In this document: positions 10,001 to 18,642 of the stretch, in pieces | Layout of the letters: each line of letters starts with the position of its first letter | Numbering within the stretch: position 1 is the first letter of the stretch | DNA from: Candidatus Cloacimonadales bacterium | GTDB lineage: Bacteria; Cloacimonadota; Cloacimonadia; Cloacimonadales; JAFGVF01 | Length of the DNA stretch: 64,000 nt | Assembly: GCA_963678315.1 (NCBI GenBank) | Contig: OY782781.1 | Coordinates: 416,001 to 480,000, forward strand | Direction: 5' to 3' | The notes under the pieces: generated by a model | Databases searched by the model: none | Seen by the model: only the letters and a program-made list of their open reading frames with translations | Told to the model about the DNA's origin: nothing | Position numbers and translations under genes: made by a program

Positions 10001-10128
10001 GGATTCCAATGGCTATGGTTCAAATCGGCGGTATGGCAACATCTACTATTCTGACCTTATTGTTAATTCCATCACTTTTCTACTTAACACATTCTAAGAA
10101 AGAGAAGAAGTTAAAAAAGAAGAAGTAA
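7048..10128 (+). CDS. RND transporter permease, AcrB/AcrD/AcrF family
   Basis: SIKRPV, YPGAGPSEVE, SIVVLENI, 1026 aa with two TM blocks. Confidence 0.95.
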   Translation: MFLSNLSIKRPVMTTMLILVFLLFGILAFFKIPIDLFPTVNIPYVLITTVYPGAGPSEVETQVTNIIEDEVATISGLDNIQSYSLDNVSTIVLKFDLAKDPKEANQEVKDKINKIVSALPSDAEQPTIEKIEMDTFPIIDLVLSSNSDQISPIQLYELADNDMKDMFAKIDGVARVELSGGQEREIRVETDSRILKSNNISVSQINNIIAMNNNDIAAGYFQNKKDEISVTTNSEFNSIKELQNLEIPVDGGSKKLSELAKVYDGKKDIRSTSEYIDKINNKKYNKLVKISLIKSSDANTVALAKDVKKAIPLLQEKLPEGVELKMIYDNSEFIESSVEDTISNLILGILLTGLVLFLFLHDLRSTLIVALSMPTSIISTFMVMDAVGFSFNMLSLMGLSTAVGVLVSNSIVVLENIFRHKNLGKNNKEASLVGSSEVTTAVIASTATNLVVFLPIAAMSSMAGQFFKEFALTVSFATVFSLIMSFTLTPMLSSLILPKEEKLNWFGRVMENIFKSFERLYERVLTFTLGSRLRPKVFTFLMIIALLATFMFVAPKLGFEFMPEFDQGDIVVKIELPEGTTLEQSGQKLKEIEDIILSHDEVKHVITTVGGDNGTHIASAEVKLVDSDLREITTSQMNQVIISEVNEITNAKIFCKSNRDEGGQSPIQYFLLSTDKDVLDSYVPILNAKMKQVEGLINYDVTYRTGKPQLTIIPKRRVIADAGITAYDLAMTVRAATEGLTSSVYRENGEEYDIRVTFEDTSIQTPEEIGALTVATPYGPYTVSQLASITNTQTTTQITHRDKLASLVITGEPATGFPLATVTGNIQKAFDEMDFGSDVEVKVGGQAEDMDETNRDMGQAFGLAIILTYMLLASLLESFTQPFLILTTLPMATIGVFLLMFLAGTTMNLFSMMAIIMLIGLVVNDAILILDYTKTLMKNDNLTAKEALLIACPTKMKPVIMTTLAIILGMLPMAMGIGSAGKEMRIPMAMVQIGGMATSTILTLLLIPSLFYLTHSKKEKKLKKKK

Positions 10129-10148
10129 TAAACTAAAATATCAAACTT

Positions 10149-10193
10149 GGGTGTAAGTATTCTAAGATAAATGGATACTTACACTCTTTTTTT
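10149..10193 (+). terminator. Terminator of efflux operon
   Basis: GGGTGTAAGTATT..GATACTTACACTC stem followed by T7. Confidence 0.8.
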
Positions 10194-10199
10194 AGGCAT

Positions 10200-10312
10200 A
10201 AAAAAATAGAGACTGCACATCCACGAACAATCTCTAAAATTATTTAATTGAACTAACCTGACAATTCAATTAAGGTATCATATTGAATTTCTCCAACATT
10301 TCTGAATCACAC
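10200..10312 (-). ncRNA. Candidate orphan small RNA or leader RNA
   Basis: Minus-strand TTGACT-N16-TATATT promoter (10346-10319), internal hairpins, and terminator TAGAGATTG..CAGTCTCTA plus T-run; no CDS follows on this strand. Confidence 0.35.
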
Positions 10313-10515
10313 AATATCAATATATCTGCATTTCTTGCAAAGTCAATCAAAAGACAACTAGGCTTAAACTTAGCATTGCCAAGATACTAATAGGCACTAC
10401 TGAGTTGCAATCTATCAATAAATTCTTTAGGCCCAGATGATGTTAGTTTTAGAAGTGCTTTCAGGACTAGAAATCTAATCTTTATTCTCATTTACCCCTT
10501 TAGTGTATCCAGCAC

Positions 10516-10708
10516 AGTCGGAACGCCCTCATCCCTGATGGCCAAACCTACGAAAGTAGGTTGTGTATAAGATTTAAATATAAGAGCCGGCACGGAGGCC
10601 AGCGATCCCAGTACCCCTAATTCATAACTACTAACTCCTCACTTATAGTTCCTAACTGCCTATGTCCTCTTGCCCCTCCTGCATAAAAGCCAATTTAATG
10701 CAGGAGGC
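10516..10708 (+). repeat. Mosaic REP-like element, copy B
   Basis: AGTCGGAACGCC..TGATGGCCAAACCTACGAAAGTAGGTT, then AGCCGGCACGGAGGCCAGCGATCCCAGT, heptamer run and CCTCCTGCAT..ATGCAGGAGG hairpin. Confidence 0.85.
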
Positions 10709-10849
10709 CCTTGAGGTTAAAGCAATATATCATCTAATTAGCTTTAAAAAAAATGTATGTCCTGTCCTAAATGATTTAATCGCTTTATCGGGCTTCATGA
10801 CAACCGGCAGACAGGTTAGTGCTATCCCTATTCTTCTTACAAATAAGCT

Positions 10850-11632
10850 CTAGCTATTCATCCAATTCTTAAAATCTGAAATGTTTGAACGTGTAACAAT
10901 AACATCATCATCAAACTCAGGATCTACACTAAGAAGTAATCTACTATTAAAGAAAGTATGAATCTCTTTTATTGAAGCAATATTAATTATCATTTGTCTA
11001 TTAATTCTAAAGAAGGTCTCTGGTGAGAGAATACCATCTAATTCATCCAATGGAGTATCGAGAGAGTACTTTCTCTTATCTTTAGTCATTAGATAGGTTG
11101 TCTTATTATTAACGTAGAAATAAGCTATATCTTCTGATTTGATTGATTTATATATATTCCCAACTTTGATTAAGAATCTAGACTTATATTTCTTATCTTG
11201 ATTAGATATATAGCTTAGTAGTGTTTCAACATCATGTTTGTTACTTACATCATAATCTCTTTCAGTTTCAAAGCTTTCACGCATGAGATTAAGCTTGTCG
11301 AAAGCGCTTTTGAGTTTTCTTGCTGTAATAGGTTTTAATAAGTAATCTATACTATTAACTTTGAATGCATCAAGAGCGAAATCATCATAGGAAGTAGTGA
11401 AGATAACTTTAGATTTAATATCAACTTCTTTAAAGATGGAAAAACTAGAACCATCAGAAAGTTGGATATCTGCCAATATAACGTCAGGGTGTTGATTATT
11501 ATTAAGCCATTCTATTGATGCTTTTACTGAGCCAATTATAGCACAAACTTCATGCTCAATTTCTAACTGGTCTAATAACTGAACTAATCGTTGGGCAACA
11601 AATTCTTCATCTTCTATTATGAGGATTCTCAT
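10850..11632 (-). CDS. LytTR family response regulator
   Basis: REC domain (IIEDE, LADIQL, DYLLKP) plus LytTR domain (FFRINRQMIIN). Confidence 0.95.
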   Translation of the reverse strand: MRILIIEDEEFVAQRLVQLLDQLEIEHEVCAIIGSVKASIEWLNNNQHPDVILADIQLSDGSSFSIFKEVDIKSKVIFTTSYDDFALDAFKVNSIDYLLKPITARKLKSAFDKLNLMRESFETERDYDVSNKHDVETLLSYISNQDKKYKSRFLIKVGNIYKSIKSEDIAYFYVNNKTTYLMTKDKRKYSLDTPLDELDGILSPETFFRINRQMIINIASIKEIHTFFNSRLLLSVDPEFDDDVIVTRSNISDFKNWMNS

Positions 11633-13488
11633 ATTTTCTCCTTTCTTTCAATTAAAGGTATTTTAGCTATATAGTAGCCATCTTTCTTTTTAAATTCAGG
11701 TTTTTTATTTGTATAGAATTTATATATTTTCTGTAAATTCATTTGACCAATTCCAATAGAATCACTTTTATATTGGAATTGTTTATTCTTCTCATTCAAA
11801 TTATTGATGATGATTAAGAAGTCTCTTTCATTATAGATATCGATATACATCTTGTTTTCTTTGTCAATAGTATTATGTTTAGCAACATTCTCAATAAGAG
11901 TCTGCAATGACAAAGGTGGTATATTATAGTTTAAGTACTTATCCTCAATATCAAAGTTGATTACATAATTGTCTCCATATTTAATATGAAGAAGATAAGT
12001 GAAAGAATCTAAAAAATCTAACTCTGATTCCAAGTCTATCATTTCTTTACTGTCTGTTTGAAGTACATAACGGTACATTGTTGAAAGTTCTTCAACATAG
12101 TTGACGGCTTTATCTTGGTCAATGTTGATTATAGAAATCAAAGTAGACAGACTATTAAACAAGAAGTGAGGATTTAACTGACCTTTCAAATGATTAACAT
12201 TCATTCTAAGTCTTTCACGTTCTAATCGGAGAATTTCATTCTCTTTCTGTTGAAGGTCCAAGTTTTTTTGTAATAGTGCTGATTCATTCTTTCTGAACCT
12301 AGCAAAGAAGCTATATACAAAGACATAAAGAATAACCACAGAGATGATAACATAGGCTAATGACACATAAGGTACGTAAGAGAAGTTATCTGTGATATAC
12401 AGGCTTAAAGGACCTGTTATAAAGACAATCGCAACAATCATACTAATTTTCAGTTTAATTATACGGAAATTCTTTATTATTACAAAAAGCATTGAAACTA
12501 TAGTTAGAAGATATAAGAATATGTTTACATAGTTCAAGGCATCATAATACTGAATAGTGTTAGTAACCATGAAGTTGATTATAGTAAATATGATAATTGC
12601 AGACTTGATATACTTTAAGAACCTAACTTTTCCTTCTGCAAAGATATAATCAGCCATAGTAATTGTAAGAAGTAAGTAAAGTTGGAACATTATAGAATCC
12701 AACCAATAATAGAGCTTTGGAGAAAAGCCTATGTAAGACATTAAAAGGGTGTTTAATCCATGATCTAAACCAATAACAAGAGAATAGATAAAGACAGCCC
12801 AAAGGTACTTTCTCAGTGACTTAGAGCTCTTAATCATTAAGAGCAGACTAATAAGTGCTATTAAATAGAAGAAAACTGATACAGAGTAATTAAGAATCTG
12901 AACAAAGAACAGTTGTACAACCAAATATAAGAAGTCTGTATCTGTAGGATCTTCATTTAAGAACATTAGTGAAAAAGGTACTGGATAACCAGGTATATAG
13001 TCATCATACTCAAAGTAAACATATTTTTCTTTATCTTGATAATCAATTGAGAGTAAATGAATAAACTCAGCACGTGTAGAGTCTGAATAGATTTGTTTAT
13101 TATTATAGAATACTTTGAATGGAGAATAGTAGCCAATAAAGAACATTCTCTTCATTTCTCCTGATTTCAAGGAATCTGGTAAGGCTACACGATAAAGCAG
13201 TTTATCTAGACTCTTCCTCTTTTCTTTATCTAGGTATCCGAGTTCGCTCCATGAAAGGCTGTCACTAGAGAAATCTTCCGTTTTAAGATGTTCACCTTCT
13301 TTGATTACATGGAAGCGGAGAAGCTCTGCTGAAAGTAAATAATGCATACTTGTTTGCTTATCTTCATTTACTTGTGTACTATCAGAACTAATTTCATGTT
13401 CTTGATCAGGTTCAATAACTAATAAAAATAGAAAAAGAACAAGGGATATAGATAATAACAGAAAAATAATCTTCTTCTTCAAATTCAA
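11629..13488 (-). CDS. LytS/YehU-type membrane sensor histidine kinase
   Basis: Periplasmic domain, about 7 TM segments, QLNPHFLFNSL, IPPLSLQTLIENVAKHN; overlaps the regulator gene; TTG start uncertain. Confidence 0.9.
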   Translation of the reverse strand: MNLKKKIIFLLLSISLVLFLFLLVIEPDQEHEISSDSTQVNEDKQTSMHYLLSAELLRFHVIKEGEHLKTEDFSSDSLSWSELGYLDKEKRKSLDKLLYRVALPDSLKSGEMKRMFFIGYYSPFKVFYNNKQIYSDSTRAEFIHLLSIDYQDKEKYVYFEYDDYIPGYPVPFSLMFLNEDPTDTDFLYLVVQLFFVQILNYSVSVFFYLIALISLLLMIKSSKSLRKYLWAVFIYSLVIGLDHGLNTLLMSYIGFSPKLYYWLDSIMFQLYLLLTITMADYIFAEGKVRFLKYIKSAIIIFTIINFMVTNTIQYYDALNYVNIFLYLLTIVSMLFVIIKNFRIIKLKISMIVAIVFITGPLSLYITDNFSYVPYVSLAYVIISVVILYVFVYSFFARFRKNESALLQKNLDLQQKENEILRLERERLRMNVNHLKGQLNPHFLFNSLSTLISIINIDQDKAVNYVEELSTMYRYVLQTDSKEMIDLESELDFLDSFTYLLHIKYGDNYVINFDIEDKYLNYNIPPLSLQTLIENVAKHNTIDKENKMYIDIYNERDFLIIINNLNEKNKQFQYKSDSIGIGQMNLQKIYKFYTNKKPEFKKKDGYYIAKIPLIERKEKI

Positions 13489-13756
13489 ACCTCAATTTTA
13501 ATAATCTTGTTTCATAGCGATCTTGCGGGAAAGTCAAATTAGTAGGTCTCCCATTTAACAAGCTTAGCTTAATTAACACTATAAAGGAGTATTGTTTGAT
13601 TTTTGGCAAGTAATTAATCTACAATAGAAGAAAATAATCATTAAGTTGCAGAATTTAGTATCTAGATTGCTTAAGACAGTCTTTTATTTGAAGAGATAAT
13701 ATCTTTAGGGATATTAATATTATAAATTGGGGAAAAGATGTAAATATTTTTGGGCA

Positions 13757-13800
13757 TAAAAATGCAGAGGGATCGGGCGGGGAGCCCGATCTATCTCTGC
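13757..13800 (-). terminator. Terminator of C25 protease gene
   Basis: GCAGAG-GATCGGGC..GCCCGATC-CTCTGC stem with T-run on the minus strand. Confidence 0.75.
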
Positions 13801-13815
13801 TAGCATACAAGGAGG

Positions 13816-16800
13816 TTATTTCATCAGCATCATCTTTTTGGTTTGGTTATATGTTTTGGTTTCTAGACGATACATATATATACCTGTTGCAACATCCGTT
13901 CCAAAGTTATCAGTACCGTCCCAAACTATTGAGTGATAACCAGCCTTAACTTCTTGATTAACAAGAGTTTTAACTAATTGTCCTTTTATATTAAATATTT
14001 TTAATTTAATTTTACCAGATTCCTTAACTGCATATTTAACAGTAGTTTCTGGATTAAATGGATTTGGGAAGTTTCCTTGAAGCTTAGTTACTACTGGAAG
14101 TACATTATTGTCTGCAGTGTTTACACCTTCACCAACCCCGTTAACATTTACAAATATTTCATCATTTGCAGGGTCATTAGAGGTGATAGTAATAGCTTCA
14201 GCGTAGCTTATATTCTGCACTGGAGTGAAATACACAGTGAATGTTAATTCTTGGTTAGGATCTATTGAATAATTCATCATAGTAGCAGGTTCTTCATCTG
14301 CTAAACCAACCTTAAATATTTCTGTTCCAGTTATTTGTCCAGCAAGAATAGTCTCACCTGTGTTACCGAGTGTGATGTCAACAGTAGTTACACTAGCACA
14401 ATTTCCGAAATCATGATTGTAAGTATCAATAGTAATTTCAGGAGTACCAGCATTTCCACCACCTGATGGGAATACAATGTAGTCAATCCAAGCACAGTCA
14501 GAACCAGAACTCATGCTATAATCCTTGTCATAAGTCCATTTAAAGGTATGATTACCTGCAGATACATCGTAAGAAACTTCTTGCCATGCAACAGTTCCAC
14601 TCCAACTATCTTGTGCAGCACCATCAATATAGAAAGTTAATTCATCATAGCTAGCTTCAGATGAAACCTTTACCCAGAAAGTAATTTCGCCTTGAGCTAC
14701 ATTGTTCATAGAAAGAGTCAATGAAGTATTTTGGTTATCTGATATAGTGTTTGATTTTGCAGAATAAGTACCTTCGTGTGATTCATCGTTAACAACTGTC
14801 CAACTAGTAGTTGCATAATCGAAAGAAGAGAAATCACCTGATTCAAAGTCTTCAAAAACAAGACCAATTGAAGAAGTAAATTCATCATTATTACTTACTT
14901 CATTAGCAGATGCAAAATCAATTTCGAAATCAGCTACAGAACCAACTGCAACATAATCTGAAACTTGAATAGTAAATACAGCTTGAGCAGTTGCACCAGT
15001 TGCAACAGATTCAAAGTTAATATCATTCTGAGTGATAGTTACACCAGGTGTACTTGTTGCCAATGTTGCAACAAGATCATTAGCTACATAGCTTCCAAGG
15101 TTTGTGAAATCAACAGTAATATCTGCAACATCACCTGGATCAAGTAAGCTATTATCGTTATCATCTATACTAATGTCAGCAATTTGTAGTCTAGGAGCTA
15201 CAGCTGCATAGTTAAGGTCATATTCCCAAGTATCGTCTCCTGCTGTCATAACAACATGAAGAGTTACAGGAGCATTTTCTTCTAAACCGTTTACTAAAGC
15301 AAATTCAATTGCAGTATCAACAGCAACAGATTCATCAGCATCAACTGAAGCGATAGTTGCAGAACCATTAGTAATTTCTGCATTTTGAAGAGCAGTAACA
15401 ACTAAATCAACGTTAGATACTGACTCAACACCAACATTCATAACATTAAGGTTTAGGCTGATATTTTGACCAGCAGCCATGTCACCAGTAGCGTTTTGTG
15501 ATTCAATAACTAAGTATGGACCTTCTGCAGGGATAACTTCAACTGTAGTAATGTATGGTTGGTAATCAGTATGAGAAAGAACTAATTTAGCATTACCAGG
15601 CATGCTGATAGCTTCAAAGCTAATTGTTCCATTACCACTAGCATCAGTTAAGCAAGTTCCTAATAATTCACCGTCAATAGATAGAGCAGCATAAGTATAA
15701 GGAGCAGCAGTAATATCAAAGCTATCCATTCCTACAAGAAGTGATGCTTGATAGTCTGGAGTTTGAGCATCAGGTTGGCCCATGTAAGGCATCAATGAAG
15801 GGTCACCCATGATAGAGTAAATTTCCCAGTAGTAGTTCTTTCTAGTTGAAGAAGAACCTTGAACAGTCATATTACCAGTAACAATCATACCACCAGCAGT
15901 GTGTGCCCAATCTTCGAAAGCTTCACCATGTTCATGGAATAAACCATCGTAAGTACCGTGACCTGTAGAAGCAAAAGAAGGAGTTGAAGTAGAAGTTGGT
16001 GTAAAGTGACCAACTGACCACCAGTAATCTTCATCCCAATATGTTGAGTTAGTACCACCAATATAGATAACAGCACCGTTAGATGCTCTTAACCAAGCTT
16101 CACCGAAACATGTAGCAGTATTAAAGTGGTTAGTTAAACAGCAGTTACCAACAACAACAGGGTACATTTCATCATTTGAGAAACTATTGATATTAGAAAT
16201 AGTCATTTGTGGATCATGCCATGTTGTTTCAGAACCGTGAGCAGTATAGTTTAAGAAACCTAAACCTGCATTCACATCTGATATAATAGCAGATGCACTA
16301 GAACCTGAAGCAGGGTATTCATAAGTTGTAGCATCGATACCATGAGCTGAATTAAAGTAGTTTTGGCTACCATAATATAATGTACCATTACCATGAGTAG
16401 GAGCCCATGAACCATCAACACCAGCAATAAGAGTTACTCTTTCTAAATAAGAAGGATCACTAAATTCATATTTTTCATACATTAAAGTTTTGTTAACTTG
16501 TGGTTCTAATTGAGAAACACTTGTTGCAGAGAATCTACCATAATACATTTCAGGTAAATAGTCAGTACCTTGAAGTCTTACATAATTAAGGTCAGTAACG
16601 TGACCAGAATCTGTAGAACCTGTGAAAGCAGGAACTTGTTGAGTATCACCAACAATTAAAAGATATGAAGGTGCAGGATTTTCAGCTGTAGCAGCATCCC
16701 AAAGACCTTGCATATAGTTTTTGATAGAAGTTGTTGTAGAACCGATTGTTTCTGTAGTTGCAATAGTAACATCATAACCTTGTTCTTTCTTCCAGTTAAT

Positions 16801-17577
16801 AAATGGTTCTAAAGTATCTAAGAAGTTACTTGGTGTTACAATTACGTATCCCAATGGATAGTTTTCTAAAGAAGTTCTTGTATTATTTGTATAATTAAAA
16901 ACTGATTTAGCTGCTATACCTTCAAACATGAAAGAAGATGTTTTTGCTTTTAATTCTTCAGTAGCACTATAATCGCCACCAACAAAAGATATTTCAACAT
17001 CTGCACTATTGATAACGTTGATATCATTTGTAACAGGATTATAAGATACAGGATAGAAAGCAACTTCAAAAAGTCTGTTACCTCTCATGTAACCAATTTC
17101 TTTAACTGTTACAGGATTTTGATTGGATCTTTGGTTTGTGTTATAATATTCATTATTAATTACAAAAGGAACATCTTTCTTATCAACACACTTTTCAACT
17201 GAAGGTTGAGCAGGAATAACTTTATAAGAGATTCCTCTGTTCATAAGATTAATAGTACTTTGTGATTTAATTCTAATGTTTGTTTCTACACTTGCCCCTA
17301 CTGGAACAGAGATTATCTTTAAACTGTAAGGAAGTTTAGGTAAACCTTCTTGACCTGTTAAGCTATAATCATTTGCAGAGATTTCTACAAAATCTCCACC
17401 TTTTGTAGAAATAATTTGAGACTGAATGTCTCCTAATTCATAGTTAATTTCAATTCCTGAAAAATCATTACTAAGTAATTCAATTTCATTCTGGTGAGTA
17501 TCAAGTAATGTTTCTTGACTAGCCATCACTAATGTAAGTGAAGCCAACAATAACATTAAAATGTACAATTTTTTCAT
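13816..17577 (-). CDS. Secreted C25 cysteine peptidase (Lys-gingipain-like) with propeptide, Ig-like/beta domains and FlgD/T9SS-like CTD
   Basis: Signal peptide; GRFSA, NYTAHGSETTW (His), GNCCLT (Cys), YWDEDYWWSVG, MGDPSL; C-terminal NFPNPFNPETT..KKMMLMK. Confidence 0.92.
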   Translation of the reverse strand: MKKLYILMLLLASLTLVMASQETLLDTHQNEIELLSNDFSGIEINYELGDIQSQIISTKGGDFVEISANDYSLTGQEGLPKLPYSLKIISVPVGASVETNIRIKSQSTINLMNRGISYKVIPAQPSVEKCVDKKDVPFVINNEYYNTNQRSNQNPVTVKEIGYMRGNRLFEVAFYPVSYNPVTNDINVINSADVEISFVGGDYSATEELKAKTSSFMFEGIAAKSVFNYTNNTRTSLENYPLGYVIVTPSNFLDTLEPFINWKKEQGYDVTIATTETIGSTTTSIKNYMQGLWDAATAENPAPSYLLIVGDTQQVPAFTGSTDSGHVTDLNYVRLQGTDYLPEMYYGRFSATSVSQLEPQVNKTLMYEKYEFSDPSYLERVTLIAGVDGSWAPTHGNGTLYYGSQNYFNSAHGIDATTYEYPASGSSASAIISDVNAGLGFLNYTAHGSETTWHDPQMTISNINSFSNDEMYPVVVGNCCLTNHFNTATCFGEAWLRASNGAVIYIGGTNSTYWDEDYWWSVGHFTPTSTSTPSFASTGHGTYDGLFHEHGEAFEDWAHTAGGMIVTGNMTVQGSSSTRKNYYWEIYSIMGDPSLMPYMGQPDAQTPDYQASLLVGMDSFDITAAPYTYAALSIDGELLGTCLTDASGNGTISFEAISMPGNAKLVLSHTDYQPYITTVEVIPAEGPYLVIESQNATGDMAAGQNISLNLNVMNVGVESVSNVDLVVTALQNAEITNGSATIASVDADESVAVDTAIEFALVNGLEENAPVTLHVVMTAGDDTWEYDLNYAAVAPRLQIADISIDDNDNSLLDPGDVADITVDFTNLGSYVANDLVATLATSTPGVTITQNDINFESVATGATAQAVFTIQVSDYVAVGSVADFEIDFASANEVSNNDEFTSSIGLVFEDFESGDFSSFDYATTSWTVVNDESHEGTYSAKSNTISDNQNTSLTLSMNNVAQGEITFWVKVSSEASYDELTFYIDGAAQDSWSGTVAWQEVSYDVSAGNHTFKWTYDKDYSMSSGSDCAWIDYIVFPSGGGNAGTPEITIDTYNHDFGNCASVTTVDITLGNTGETILAGQITGTEIFKVGLADEEPATMMNYSIDPNQELTFTVYFTPVQNISYAEAITITSNDPANDEIFVNVNGVGEGVNTADNNVLPVVTKLQGNFPNPFNPETTVKYAVKESGKIKLKIFNIKGQLVKTLVNQEVKAGYHSIVWDGTDNFGTDVATGIYMYRLETKTYNQTKKMMLMK

Positions 17578-17726
17578 ACGTTATCTCCTCTAGTATTCTT
17601 ATTAAATTTAAATAATTTACATTTTTTTTAACAATTATAATAGTATGTATTGCAATTTTAGAACCAGTAATTACAACTAAGTTTTCAATTACAAATATTA
17701 ACTACCCTATTACATCTTATATATAA

Positions 17727-18296
17727 CTATTCTTCAATAGGAACTGTCCTGGAAACTTGGTGGAAGTTCAGCTTTGCATCTGGATACTTGGCTTTTAATT
17801 CTTTCCACTCTTTTATAGCCTCTTCTTGAGTCCTAACCTTTCTCAACGCAATATAGAAAAGATTATTCTTTCCTTTATCGAATGCATCTAAGAAGGTTTC
17901 TTCTTCAAGCTCCTGCCATCTTTTTAATTCATCAACCACATCTTTTGTTAAGACGTATACAGGGTAAGGGGCTATTATATAATATTTTTCTTGTCTTGTC
18001 TCTCCAGAATACTTTTCATCTTCAAACTCGAAAGTAAAATCTACATAAACTGTATCTCCAGTTGTAGTATCAATATAAGTTTTCGTAACAGTATTTCCTG
18101 GTGTTAAGTCAATCGGAATACTTTCTGTTTGTAAGCTATCAGCTATGGCAAGAGAATCAACTACAACAGTATCTAAAGAGTCTTTAGAAGTAACCGATGT
18201 TCCATCATTAATAGTATCTATTTTACCCTTACAAGCTACTGCTAATATAGCTAATATAGCAAGTAATGCCCAAAATCTAAAATTATATCTTTTCAT
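17727..18296 (-). CDS. Lipoprotein with possible C-terminal SPOR-like domain
   Basis: Lipobox AVAC; D/S/T-rich linker; C-terminal TQEEAIKEWKELKAKYPDA resembles a SPOR end. Confidence 0.6.
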   Translation of the reverse strand: MKRYNFRFWALLAILAILAVACKGKIDTINDGTSVTSKDSLDTVVVDSLAIADSLQTESIPIDLTPGNTVTKTYIDTTTGDTVYVDFTFEFEDEKYSGETRQEKYYIIAPYPVYVLTKDVVDELKRWQELEEETFLDAFDKGKNNLFYIALRKVRTQEEAIKEWKELKAKYPDAKLNFHQVSRTVPIEE

Positions 18297-18642
18297 TTTT
18301 TTTCCTCTAAGTTATCTTTTCTGCATTAAGATAATCTTCCTTAGATAATTATCTTATTCCTTCATATAATAGCTTGCTCAAATTATTCCATAACTAAGAT
18401 TTTTAAACATGTTAAATTGTCCATAAAAAGTTCAACCTAGATGATGCATAAGCTTTGACTAAAATAGTGCAGATTCCTTCTAAGCCGCACACAGTCTTTC
18501 AACAAAATAATATAGTGCACTTTTTTAGGTTCTAATGCATTATTTTAGTTAATAATCATAATTAACATATTTTCCTTGACTATATCATAACTAATTTAAC
18601 ATCTTTTTTGTAAAATATAAAATTCTATTAAGCGGAGACAAT

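Noticed and set aside
10387..10491. 34-aa minus-strand ORF MRIKIRFLVLKALL.. with AAGGGG SD downstream of lytTR
   Set aside because: No recognisable motif and it overlaps a REP-like remnant (GTGCTTTCAGGACTAG); possible but unsupported.
10516..10562. Hammerhead ribozyme (CTGATG..GAAA)
   Set aside because: The core reads CTGATGG rather than CTGANGA, and GAAA is a tetraloop; it is a dispersed repeat module.
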